A stretch of 64,000 nucleotides of DNA from Candidatus Omnitrophota bacterium (GTDB taxonomy: Bacteria > Omnitrophota > Gorgyraeia > B26-G9), in contig JBDRJV010000017.1 of the NCBI GenBank assembly GCA_043814605.1, positions 5,445 to 69,444 on the forward strand, in the 5' to 3' direction. A program made the position numbers and the translations under genes. Every line of letters begins with the position of its first letter. Positions within the stretch are counted from its first letter, which is position 1. Positions 1 to 8,919 of the stretch are shown in pieces. Under the pieces are notes generated by a model, which made no database searches, had not been told where the DNA came from, and saw only the letters and a list, made by a program, of their open reading frames with translations.

Positions 1-579
1 GGCTGGTATCCATTGGGAAAACCACGTATTGTCACAGAAGCTGATCATAACATTATCAAGAAACTTGATGGAAAACCCGCGGCACGGATTTATGAGGATT
101 ATTTTGGCAAAAGAGTCGCAGATTTAAAAAATGAACCAATGGCGCGGATGTCGGTAATGTATCCTTTGGGGATGTCTATTCCCGAAGAAGAAGAATGTAT
201 TATTCGGAATGCGATGCGAATTAATGAAAAGGGGGAATTAATCTGTGCCGGTGAAGTACCGTGTGGATCGGAAATTCGGGTAATGATGGGTTCAAAAGAA
301 ACCGCTTTAAAAGCAGCTAAAAAAGCCGCCGAGGTTGCTCTGAGCGGGCTGCGTAAAAAAGCGGAAATAGTCTTTGTTTTTGATTCTGTTTCCCGCGAAC
401 GATTATTTGGGCGAAAATCTAAAGAAGAAATTGAAATTGTTCGAGAAACTTTTGGCAAAGACACCCCGATTATTGGATTTTATACTTACGGAGAGCAGGC
501 TCCTTTAGGCGCTACAGTACATTTGGGGCAGACTTTTTTTCATAATGAAACAATTGTTGTGTTTGCGATTGGAGAATAA
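1..579 (+). CDS. FIST C-domain sensor protein, 5'-partial (reading frame open from window edge; track start at 13 is an internal TTG)
   Basis: Frame open from nt 1. Sequence resembles FIST_C domain proteins (…GFYTYGEQAPLG… C-terminal pattern). Directly upstream of a histidine kinase, consistent with FIST sensor operons. Confidence 0.55.
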   Translation, partial: GWYPLGKPRIVTEADHNIIKKLDGKPAARIYEDYFGKRVADLKNEPMARMSVMYPLGMSIPEEEECIIRNAMRINEKGELICAGEVPCGSEIRVMMGSKETALKAAKKAAEVALSGLRKKAEIVFVFDSVSRERLFGRKSKEEIEIVRETFGKDTPIIGFYTYGEQAPLGATVHLGQTFFHNETIVVFAIGE

Positions 580-585
580 TTTTTA

Positions 586-2166
586 ATGAAAATAAATATC
601 TGGGTTATCTTAATTGTGGGAGCCGCAGTATTAAGTGTAATCATCATTGTCAATAGTACAATTACTAAGCTAATGGGCGGATTTATCTTGCTGGTATTAT
701 TAGCCTATTTAGCGGAAGTTTCACGTGAGGAACGTGAACAAATCGCGAAGATGCAAAGAGCGTTAGATAAATTAAGAAATGCCTATAATGAACTTGATGA
801 ACAAGCCAAAATTATTATCCGTACTGACCTTGAACTGAACCGCACCCAGGAAGAACTCGATAAAAAAATCAATGGATTGTATACTTTACACGAATTAGGT
901 AAGTTGATCAGCTCAACATTGGATGTACAGCTTTTATTTTCTCAAATCACAGAACCTTTGATTTTAAAACTGGGTTTTGAGAAGACGATGATTTTTTTAA
1001 AAGAAAAAAGTGACGAAAATCCCCAATGCAAAGCGGCAATTGGATTTGACCATGAGCATATAAAACAGATTGAACAAGCTAATATCACTGCAGAATTTTT
1101 AAAAAATGTATTTGAAAGAGGCAGTTCTGTCTGGGTAAAGAGTGTTGATGGTGCAAGTAATGAGCAGAAAGAATGGCTGAAATTATTTGGTGTCTCTTCA
1201 TTTGTAATTGTTCCCATGGTAATTAAGGAGCATGTCGAAGGGTATATTTTTGTGGGAAATACGACAACCTATAATTATATATCGGAAGGAGATATTGATT
1301 CTCTATTTATTCTTTCTAATCAGCTGGCAATTGCTTTAGAAAATGCCCGCCTTTATGAAGAATTAAAAAAATCACATGATCAATTAGAAATTAGAGTTGA
1401 AGAAAGGACAAAAGAGTTAGCCGAAGCAAATAAGCAATTAGTTCGTTTAAATAAAATGAAATCTGACTTTGTTTCTGCGGTCTCCCATGAATTGCGTACT
1501 CCGCTAACTTCTATAAAAGGGTATGCATCGATACTAAGTGCCGGCCGGCTGGGGCAAGTGAGCGAAGTGCAGTCAGAAAAATTAGATAAAATCAATAAAC
1601 ATAGTGACGAATTAATAAAATTGGTTAATGATTTATTGGATATTGCCAGAATTGAATCCGGCAAGATCGGCATGAGCATAAAACATGCATCCCTGACAGA
1701 AATTATTCGGAGTATTGCGGATTTATTTTTCCCGCAAACTGATGAAAAACATATCGCTTTAAAATTAGAAATGCCTCCGGAACCGATAAAAGTTTGGATG
1801 GATCCGAGTCAAATATCGCGTGTGTTTATTAATCTGATCGGTAATGCGATGAAGTTTACACCGGAAAATGGTTCGATCACCATAAAAGTTAAACCCCTCC
1901 AGGATTACATAAATATTGCAATTACGGATTCAGGAATTGGTATTTCTGAGGAAGATTTACCGCGATTATTTGATGAGTTTTACCGTGTGGATAATGCGAT
2001 TAATGCCGAAAAGAAGGGCACGGGATTAGGGTTACCGCTGGTTAAAAAGATTATTGAGGCCCATAAAGGAAAAATATGGGCTACAAGTGAAGTAGGAAAA
2101 GGTACTACTTTTCATTTTACTCTCTCTTTACACGAAGTTGAAGATTCTCAATTAAACGTCCATTAA
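586..2166 (+). CDS. Sensor histidine kinase, membrane-anchored, GAF + HisKA + HATPase_c
   Basis: N-terminal TM segment and coiled coil. GAF-like region. H-box SHELRTPL. G-boxes GTGLGL near the C-terminus. Starts 7 nt after the FIST gene stop. Confidence 0.85.
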   Translation: MKINIWVILIVGAAVLSVIIIVNSTITKLMGGFILLVLLAYLAEVSREEREQIAKMQRALDKLRNAYNELDEQAKIIIRTDLELNRTQEELDKKINGLYTLHELGKLISSTLDVQLLFSQITEPLILKLGFEKTMIFLKEKSDENPQCKAAIGFDHEHIKQIEQANITAEFLKNVFERGSSVWVKSVDGASNEQKEWLKLFGVSSFVIVPMVIKEHVEGYIFVGNTTTYNYISEGDIDSLFILSNQLAIALENARLYEELKKSHDQLEIRVEERTKELAEANKQLVRLNKMKSDFVSAVSHELRTPLTSIKGYASILSAGRLGQVSEVQSEKLDKINKHSDELIKLVNDLLDIARIESGKIGMSIKHASLTEIIRSIADLFFPQTDEKHIALKLEMPPEPIKVWMDPSQISRVFINLIGNAMKFTPENGSITIKVKPLQDYINIAITDSGIGISEEDLPRLFDEFYRVDNAINAEKKGTGLGLPLVKKIIEAHKGKIWATSEVGKGTTFHFTLSLHEVEDSQLNVH

Positions 2167-2170
2167 ATAG

Positions 2171-3118
2171 GTGATGTATATAATGCGCAAACAAAAAATA
2201 CTAATTATTGATGATGAACCAGACATTCGCGATGTTTTAAAAATTACACTGGAATGTGAAGATTTTGAAGTGTATGAGGCACGTGATGGAGTGGAGGGGC
2301 TTGAGAAAGTTCATAAAAATTCTCCGGATCTGGTTATTTTAGACTATAAAATGCCCAAGATGAATGGGCATGAAGTCTGTCAAATATTAAAAAAAGATAT
2401 TCTTTTGAGGCATATGCCCATTATTATGCTTACGGGAAAAGGAGAGACTCAGGATAAAATAAAAGGCATAAATGCTGGGGCGGATGATTATTTGGTTAAA
2501 CCATTTGACCCGCAGGAGCTGGTTGCGCGTATAAAAATGATTGTACGCAGAAGTACACGTGATTTGGATGCGAATCCATTGAGCCGTTTACCGGGCAATG
2601 TAACGATTATGAGCGAACTAGAAGCCGTAATTAACAGCGGTAAAAATTTTGCTGTCTGCTACCTGGATTTAGATAAATTTAAAGCGTTTAATGATACTTA
2701 CGGTTTTGAACACGGAGATGAGGTAATTCGTGAAACAGCCAGAATTATACTCAGTGTTGTCCAGGAAATTGGGGATAAAGAAGATTTTGTCGGTCATATC
2801 GGCGGTGATGACTATGTAATTTTAACTACAATAGAAAAAGCCGAAGAAATTTGTATAAGAATTATCCGCGAATTTGACGAAGTAGCGCCATCTTTTTATA
2901 ATCAATTAGATAGACAAAGGGGTTTTATCTTAGCGCAAGACAGACAAGGTAATGCCATGCAAATACCGCTAATCTCTGTTTCGATCGGAATTGTTACTAA
3001 CGAAAATCGGCACATTTCTCATGTTGCCGAAATTGGTGAAATCGGCGCTGAACTCAAAAAAGCAGCCAAAGCTAATTCGGGAAGTAATTTTGTTAAGGAT
3101 AGCCGCAAAGCAGAATAA
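2171..3118 (+). CDS. Response regulator, REC domain fused to GGDEF-like domain (signature GGDDY instead of GG[DE]EF)
   Basis: REC motifs (LIIDDE…, DLVILDYKMP, phospho-acceptor Asp context, KPF). C-terminal block LDLDKFKAFNDTYGFEHGDEV … GHIGGDDYVIL aligns to the GGDEF fold, but the A-site reads GGDDY. Confidence 0.8.
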   Translation: MMYIMRKQKILIIDDEPDIRDVLKITLECEDFEVYEARDGVEGLEKVHKNSPDLVILDYKMPKMNGHEVCQILKKDILLRHMPIIMLTGKGETQDKIKGINAGADDYLVKPFDPQELVARIKMIVRRSTRDLDANPLSRLPGNVTIMSELEAVINSGKNFAVCYLDLDKFKAFNDTYGFEHGDEVIRETARIILSVVQEIGDKEDFVGHIGGDDYVILTTIEKAEEICIRIIREFDEVAPSFYNQLDRQRGFILAQDRQGNAMQIPLISVSIGIVTNENRHISHVAEIGEIGAELKKAAKANSGSNFVKDSRKAE

Positions 3119-3126
3119 TATTTATT

Positions 3127-4221
3127 TTAATGACTGAAATAGCTTTTTTCAAATGCGTATTTGCGCGCTGTTCTCAGACTTATTTTTGCGCCATCTAAAA
3201 GATCATGTAATGACTGATCCATTGTTTGCATGCCTTCACGTCCGCCGCTTTCAATCATATTTTTTATTTGAAATGTTTTATTCTCCCGAATAAGATTCCT
3301 AATCCCCGTATTTGCAACCATAACTTCACAGGCCAAATATCTTGTATCTCCATCACGCGACGGAACTAAATTTTGGGAAACAACAATATTTATTGCCTCG
3401 GCAAATTGAATTCTAATCTGAGCCTGTTGTTCTGCAGGGAAAACATCAATCACCCGGCTCACAGACTGCGCTGCCGAACGGGTATGCAAGGTACCAAATA
3501 CAAGGTGACCGGTTTCTGCGGCAGTAACTGCATTAGAAATAGTTTCTAAATCACGCATTTCTCCCACTAAAATAACATCGGGATCTTCTCTTAAAGCCGC
3601 CCGTAAGGCCTGCGCAAAAGTTTTAGAATCAGTTCCAATCTCTCTTTGATTAATAACACTGCGTTTATGTGTATGCAGATATTCTATGGGATCTTCTAAA
3701 GTAATTATATGTGTTTGCCGTTCGTTATTAATTTGATCAATTATCGAAGCTAAGGTTGTGGATTTTCCGCTGCCCGTTGGGCCAGTTACTAAAACCAGCC
3801 CTCTTTGTAATTCGCAAGCTTTTCTCACTGAAGCGGGTAAGCCTAAAGTTTCCAGCGGTTTAATCTTTTGCGGAATTTGCCTTAATGCCGCACATATTCC
3901 ATTACGGTCATGATAAATATTCAACCGGAATCGTGCAGAATTCCCGACTGTGACTCCAAAATCTAGTTCCTGGCCTCTATTATTAAAATCAATTTCCCGG
4001 GCCGGAGGAGTAATACTGGTTAAAATTTCCCGGATGTCATTTTCCTGGAGTTTTTCATTACCCAAAGGCATTAGGCTTTCCGCTTTTCTTACCATGGGCG
4101 GTAAGCCGACGCATAAATGTAAATCTGAAATTTCTTTTTCCAGTATTTCCTTAAATAAATTTCTATATTTTTCCTGCATACAGGATTGATTATAAAATGA
4201 ATTTTCAGTCTCGTCAATCAA
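3127..4221 (-). CDS. pilT: Type IV pilus retraction ATPase PilT/PilU family
   Basis: Walker A GPTGSGKSTT, Walker B ILVGEMRD, and PilT-like length (364 aa) with PilT-like N-terminal domain. Confidence 0.85.
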   Translation of the reverse strand: MIDETENSFYNQSCMQEKYRNLFKEILEKEISDLHLCVGLPPMVRKAESLMPLGNEKLQENDIREILTSITPPAREIDFNNRGQELDFGVTVGNSARFRLNIYHDRNGICAALRQIPQKIKPLETLGLPASVRKACELQRGLVLVTGPTGSGKSTTLASIIDQINNERQTHIITLEDPIEYLHTHKRSVINQREIGTDSKTFAQALRAALREDPDVILVGEMRDLETISNAVTAAETGHLVFGTLHTRSAAQSVSRVIDVFPAEQQAQIRIQFAEAINIVVSQNLVPSRDGDTRYLACEVMVANTGIRNLIRENKTFQIKNMIESGGREGMQTMDQSLHDLLDGAKISLRTARKYAFEKSYFSH

Positions 4222-4422
4222 ATAAATTTAATTAATAAAATAATATTGATGTTAAACTTTGATAATGTTAAAATAAATTAACCGAAAAATTAATATTAAT
4301 AAGAGTATCAAGTAACAACTGTTAATTTTAATCAGTTTTTTATAATCAAGTGAATATAAATAATCATTAAAAATTAATTTTAACTATGTTTTAATTTGCA
4401 GTAATTACACAGTCTGAATTGT

Positions 4423-6057
4423 ATGAAAAAAATCACTTTTGGCTTAAGAAGAAAACTGTATTTAGCTAGTATGCTGGTTACGATTATCGGTGCGGTAATC
4501 GTATGCTGGTATGTAATAACTTATTATCGGGTAATTATTACAGAAGATTTAGAGAAAAGGGCAATCACCTTAGCTAAAAATCTGGCACATGAATGTATCG
4601 GACCGATTATCTTAAAAGATGAAAACACTTTATTAAGTTTGGTTAATAGGATTTTAAAAGAACGTGATATAATTTATACGGCTATTTATGATAAAGACGG
4701 AAATATTCTCGTTCAAGGCGGGCCTTTTAATATAGAAAACATTCCTCAGTCAGTTAAGAAAAAATCTTTAATCACCCATGTAAATTTAGTACAAAAATAT
4801 TTATCCGCTAAGGAAAATTTAATTTATGATATTAGTGTTCCCCTGCATACTGAGGGTTCATTAGAGAACAATGATTCCGAAGACAAGAGCATAGATGAAG
4901 AAAGCCTTTTTTTCACAGGTGAAGGAAAAGAAAGTTTTAGTGTAAAAGTAGGATTAGCCAGAATTGGTATTTCTTTTAAAAACAGTAACCAATCAATTAT
5001 TATTCACCGTAATAAAATTATTTTTATAAACTTAGTGTTATACTGTATTTTTTTAATACTCATGCACTTTATTGTAAATTCAATACTTATGCCGATCAGC
5101 CTTTTATTAAAAGGAACTCAGAAAATCGGAGCCGGAGACTTGAACTATAAAGTTAGAATTAAAAGCTCAGATGAAATCGGACAACTGGCTGATTCTTTTA
5201 ATAAAATGGTAGACAATTTAAATATTTCGACAACATCCATTGAAAACCTTAACAAAGAAATTATGGAGAGAAAATTTGCCGAAGAAAAGCTAAAAGAAGC
5301 TTATCAGGAACTGAAAGAAGCCCAGCAGCAGCTTTTACAATCAAGTAAACTTTCCGCTATGGGGCAAATGGCCGCAGGCATATCCCATGAACTTAACCAG
5401 CCCTTGACCGGAATTAAAGGGTTTGCACAAATTTTAGCCATGGATTTAGGTAAAGACAGCCCCTATCTTACAGATGTAAATAATATTATTGAACAGGCAA
5501 ACCGCATGGATAGCATCATTCAAAATGTACGTTTTTTTGCGCGAAAATCAGAATTTAAATTAGAGAAATTAAATGTTAATGATCCGATAAAAAATGCAGT
5601 GAACTTACTTCAGGAGCAATTAAAAATACACAGTATCGAATTAATTTCGGAACTTGATCCGGATTTGCCGCAAATTTATGGAGATAATAATCAATTGCAG
5701 CAGATATTTTTAAATTTAGTAACTAATGGCCGCGATGCGATTGAGATGGCCCATAAATCTGAACCGGGAAAAATTATTATAAAAAGCCAGCAATGCAAAG
5801 AAGATAAATATATTTTAGTTACCTTCGAAGATAATGGCTGTGGAATTCATAAAGAAAATTTGGAAAATATTTTTAATCCTTTTTTTACAACAAAAGCACC
5901 GAATGGGGGAATGGGGTTAGGATTATCCATAGTTTATCGAATTGCTGAAAACCATAAGGCAATTATTGACGTTGAAAGTGAACAGGGGGAATTCACTATT
6001 TTTAAAATTATTTTCCCCGTTGCAGATGATTATATTGCCTTTGATAAAAAAGCTTGA
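4423..6057 (+). CDS. Sensor histidine kinase with two TM segments, extracytoplasmic domain, HAMP, HisKA, HATPase_c
   Basis: TM1 near residue 15 and TM2 near residue 200, followed by a HAMP-like linker (GDLNYKVRIKSSDEIGQLADSFNKM). H-box SHELNQPL. N/G-boxes (NLVTNGRDA, GGMGLGLSI). Confidence 0.85.
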   Translation: MKKITFGLRRKLYLASMLVTIIGAVIVCWYVITYYRVIITEDLEKRAITLAKNLAHECIGPIILKDENTLLSLVNRILKERDIIYTAIYDKDGNILVQGGPFNIENIPQSVKKKSLITHVNLVQKYLSAKENLIYDISVPLHTEGSLENNDSEDKSIDEESLFFTGEGKESFSVKVGLARIGISFKNSNQSIIIHRNKIIFINLVLYCIFLILMHFIVNSILMPISLLLKGTQKIGAGDLNYKVRIKSSDEIGQLADSFNKMVDNLNISTTSIENLNKEIMERKFAEEKLKEAYQELKEAQQQLLQSSKLSAMGQMAAGISHELNQPLTGIKGFAQILAMDLGKDSPYLTDVNNIIEQANRMDSIIQNVRFFARKSEFKLEKLNVNDPIKNAVNLLQEQLKIHSIELISELDPDLPQIYGDNNQLQQIFLNLVTNGRDAIEMAHKSEPGKIIIKSQQCKEDKYILVTFEDNGCGIHKENLENIFNPFFTTKAPNGGMGLGLSIVYRIAENHKAIIDVESEQGEFTIFKIIFPVADDYIAFDKKA

Positions 6058-6148
6058 TGATTTTAAATTAAAAAAATTATAAAGATAAGATATTTTCAAT
6101 TTTTTATGTTTTCTTTTTTAATCATTAAACTTAGGAGAAAATAATTCT

Positions 6149-6709
6149 ATGCCGGATACCTCTAAAGGTATGCTTTTTAATATGATCCTTAAGTTTATCC
6201 AACAAAAAGGTAAACCGGAATTAATCCATAAAATCAGCGCACAATTGGATAAACCGCTTAAATATATTGATTTTTTTGATTACCCTGTACAAGAATTAAT
6301 GCTGATTACTGAAAAAGCCGCTAAAGGTGTTTTCCCGGATAAAAAAATCGAAACAGCGTTATATACTCTCGCCCGAGAAACATTCACTATTTTAGCGCAA
6401 ACTCCTATCCTGAAAGCAATGCTACCCCGCGCAAAAAGAAATCCGATGAGTGTAGCGCAAAAAATTCCTTTTTTATACAGACAAATCAACTGTTTTGGTA
6501 ATATTTCAGTAGTTGATGTAAAAGAAAAAAGCTGCCGGATAATTTTTAAAAATTATAAAAGTTTTCCCCATTTACAACAAGGATTTTTACAACAAGCCTG
6601 TGATTATTTAGGTTTTATTACTGAAGTCAGTTTAGATATTATTAAGTTTAAAAATAATGGTAACGGGGACATTTTAACTGATTTTGATTTAAGTTTGAAA
6701 TTAAGTTGA
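6149..6709 (+). CDS. Cassette protein A1: ~186-aa conserved hypothetical, putative small-ligand sensor domain (paralog family of 4 in window)
   Basis: ORF with own RBS. 55-65% identity to 7286..7846 and 8327..8887. Conserved blocks TKGMxFN, GKPLKYIDFFDY, FKNYxSxPxLQQGFLQ, NNGNGDI. No TM segment or signal peptide. Confidence 0.7.
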   Translation: MPDTSKGMLFNMILKFIQQKGKPELIHKISAQLDKPLKYIDFFDYPVQELMLITEKAAKGVFPDKKIETALYTLARETFTILAQTPILKAMLPRAKRNPMSVAQKIPFLYRQINCFGNISVVDVKEKSCRIIFKNYKSFPHLQQGFLQQACDYLGFITEVSLDIIKFKNNGNGDILTDFDLSLKLS

Positions 6710-6731
6710 TTTTAAATCAGAGGAGGGTTCT

Positions 6732-7103
6732 GTGGGTAACCGCATAAAGTGGATAGTGTACAAGAACAAACGAATTCTTTTCCACGATTACTCAGGCATT
6801 AGAGGGTTTCAGGGTGAAGGGGAGCAATTAGCACAAGAGGTGAATGAGTTTGTAGAGAAATTGACAGAATATAATATTTTAGAATTAGTTGATGTAAGGA
6901 ATTCATTTGGTGATTTAGAATCAGTAAAAAGGCTTAAAGAAATATCTAAACGATTAAAGCCGCGCATAAAAAAATCTGCAGTAATCGGCGTTAGCGGGAT
7001 AAAAAAAGTTATTTTAGATGCAATTAATACTTTTTCCGAAAGAAAAATTAAACCGTTTAAAACTGAGGAAGAAGCAAAAGAATGGCTGATTTTGGAAGAT
7101 TAA
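6732..7103 (+). CDS. Cassette protein B1: ~123-aa STAS-like (anti-sigma-antagonist-like) protein, GTG start
   Basis: AGGAGGG RBS 4 nt before GTG. Conserved LELVDVRNSFGDLESV (resembles the DLSxVxFxDSSG phosphoserine loop) and a C-terminal …EEEAKEWL helix typical of STAS/SpoIIAA fold. ~70% identity to the copy-2 partner. Confidence 0.6.
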   Translation: MGNRIKWIVYKNKRILFHDYSGIRGFQGEGEQLAQEVNEFVEKLTEYNILELVDVRNSFGDLESVKRLKEISKRLKPRIKKSAVIGVSGIKKVILDAINTFSERKIKPFKTEEEAKEWLILED

Positions 7104-7145
7104 ATCGTTTTAAAGGTTTATAATATTATAATTTTTGGTTTATAC

Positions 7146-7240
7146 ATCCGCGGCCTAAAACCGCGCCCATTTATGGCGCGGATAAAAGGAGGCCGCTTGA
7201 GTATTCCACCCCAGGAACCACGGGCTTTAGCCCGTGGGGG
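7146..7240. repeat. GC-rich nested palindromic element (two strong hairpins) in the intergenic spacer between cassette copies 1 and 2
   Basis: Inner stem CCGCGCC-catttat-GGCGCGG (7161..7181) is nested inside GCGGCC…GGCCGC (7150..7196). A second hairpin CCACGGGC-ttta-GCCCGTGG lies at 7218..7237. GC content is far above local background. Confidence 0.45.
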
Positions 7241-7285
7241 TTACATTTCTGGATAATTTCTAAAAAGAAATCGAGAGAATTTTAA

Positions 7286-7846
7286 ATGCCGGCAACAACA
7301 AAAGGAATGTTTTTTAATGTGGCTTTTAAACTGATTACGGCAAAAGGTCACGCGGAATTAATAGAAAAAATCAGTAAAAAGCTGGGCAAACCTCTTAAAT
7401 ATATTGATTTTTTTGATTATCCCATAGAGGAATTTATGCTGATTGTCGAAGAGGCGATTAAATATATTTACCCGGATAAAAAATTCGAAGAAGCATTATA
7501 TATTTTATCCGAAGAATCATTTGACCTGATCATGCAGACCCCGATAATTAAAGCAGTATTATCCGGAGCAAAGAAAAATATGCAAAATATTGCAAAACGC
7601 ATTCCTTTTATCTATGAACAATTCAATCACTTTGGAAAAATTTCTATTATTGATTTAAAAGAAAAAAACTGTGTGATTGCTTTTAAAAATTATAAAACTT
7701 ATCCGGAACTGCAGCAGGGTTTTTTACAAAGAACCTTTGATTTTCTAAAGCTTAATCACACTGTAGAACTAAACATCCATAAATTTAAAAATAATGGAAA
7801 CGGCGATATTACCGCTGATTTTGATATAAGCTTAAAATGGGGTTAA
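7286..7846 (+). CDS. Cassette protein A2 (paralog of 6149..6709)
   Basis: Same conserved blocks and length (186 aa) as A1. Own start context. Confidence 0.7.
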   Translation: MPATTKGMFFNVAFKLITAKGHAELIEKISKKLGKPLKYIDFFDYPIEEFMLIVEEAIKYIYPDKKFEEALYILSEESFDLIMQTPIIKAVLSGAKKNMQNIAKRIPFIYEQFNHFGKISIIDLKEKNCVIAFKNYKTYPELQQGFLQRTFDFLKLNHTVELNIHKFKNNGNGDITADFDISLKWG

Positions 7847-7868
7847 TTTTTTATAAAGGGTGGTTTAT

Positions 7869-8240
7869 ATGACTAATCGGATAAGGTGGATAGTATATAA
7901 AAACAAGCGTATTCTTCTAGTTGATCTTTCTGGGATTAGAGGGTTTAAGGGCGAAGGGGAGCAATTAGCAAAAGCCGCGGCTGATTTTGTGGATAAATTA
8001 AGAGAATATGAGCTCATCGAATTAATTGATGTCCGGAATTCATTTGGTGATTTAGAATCAGTGAAAACAATGAAAGAACTATCTAAAAAATTAAAGCCGC
8101 ACATAAAGAAATCTGCAATCATTGGAGTAAGTGGGATAAAAAAAGTTATTCTCGATGCGATTAATTCTTTTGCCGAAAGAAAGATTAAACCGTTTAATAC
8201 AGAGGAAGAAGCAAAAGAATGGCTGATTTTAGAAGATTGA
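7869..8240 (+). CDS. Cassette protein B2, STAS-like (track start 7860 is GTG; ATG at 7869 preferred)
   Basis: MTNRIRWIVYKNKRIL…VRNSFGDLESVK…EEEAKEWLILED. ~70% identical to B1. Confidence 0.6.
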   Translation: MTNRIRWIVYKNKRILLVDLSGIRGFKGEGEQLAKAAADFVDKLREYELIELIDVRNSFGDLESVKTMKELSKKLKPHIKKSAIIGVSGIKKVILDAINSFAERKIKPFNTEEEAKEWLILED

Positions 8241-8326
8241 ATGTTAAAAAATTTTAAAGCATTAAAGGTTTAATAATTATTCGCTGAATTATTTAAATAA
8301 TAACTATTATGGGGAAGAGATTTTAA

Positions 8327-8887
8327 ATGCCAGAAACAGCAAAAGGTATACTTTTTAATGTAAATTTAAAATTCATTAAAAATAAGAATAAACCAGAATT
8401 ACTGGAAAAAATCAGTAAAAAGCTGGGCAAACCGCTTAAATATATTGATTTTTTTGATTATCCTGCCCAGGAATTATTGGTTATTGTTGAGGAAATTGCT
8501 AAAAATATTTTTCCCCATAAAAAAACTGACGAAGTTTACTATTTATTAGCACAGGAAAACTTTGCCACTCTTGCGCAAACACCGATTCTAAAAGCAATGC
8601 TGCCTCGCGCAAAAAAAAATCCGCGGATTATTGCGCCAAAAATTCCGTTTTTATATAAGCAAATTTACCGCTTCGGAGAAATTTCTGTGGTTGACCTAGA
8701 AGAAAAAAGCTGCCGTATAGTTTTTAAAAATTATGTTAGTTTGCCGCAGTTACAACAGGGTTTTTTGCAAAAAGTTTCTGATGTATTAGGGTTTAATCAT
8801 AAAGTAGGCTTAAATATCCACAAATTTATAAATAATGGTAACGGAGACATAAAAGCAGATTTTGATTTAACCCTTCGCTGGGATTAA
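8327..8887 (+). CDS. Cassette protein A3 (paralog)
   Basis: 186 aa, same conserved blocks. Confidence 0.7.
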   Translation: MPETAKGILFNVNLKFIKNKNKPELLEKISKKLGKPLKYIDFFDYPAQELLVIVEEIAKNIFPHKKTDEVYYLLAQENFATLAQTPILKAMLPRAKKNPRIIAPKIPFLYKQIYRFGEISVVDLEEKSCRIVFKNYVSLPQLQQGFLQKVSDVLGFNHKVGLNIHKFINNGNGDIKADFDLTLRWD

Positions 8888-8919
8888 AAATACTTAATTA
8901 TAAGGAGTAATAAAGTTTT

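Noticed and set aside
99-464. Antisense ORFs inside confident CDSs (e.g. 99..464, 942..1217, 1380..1679, 3950..4189, 19877..20188, 42305..42634)
   Set aside because: These are frame shadows within well-supported genes, with no independent signals.
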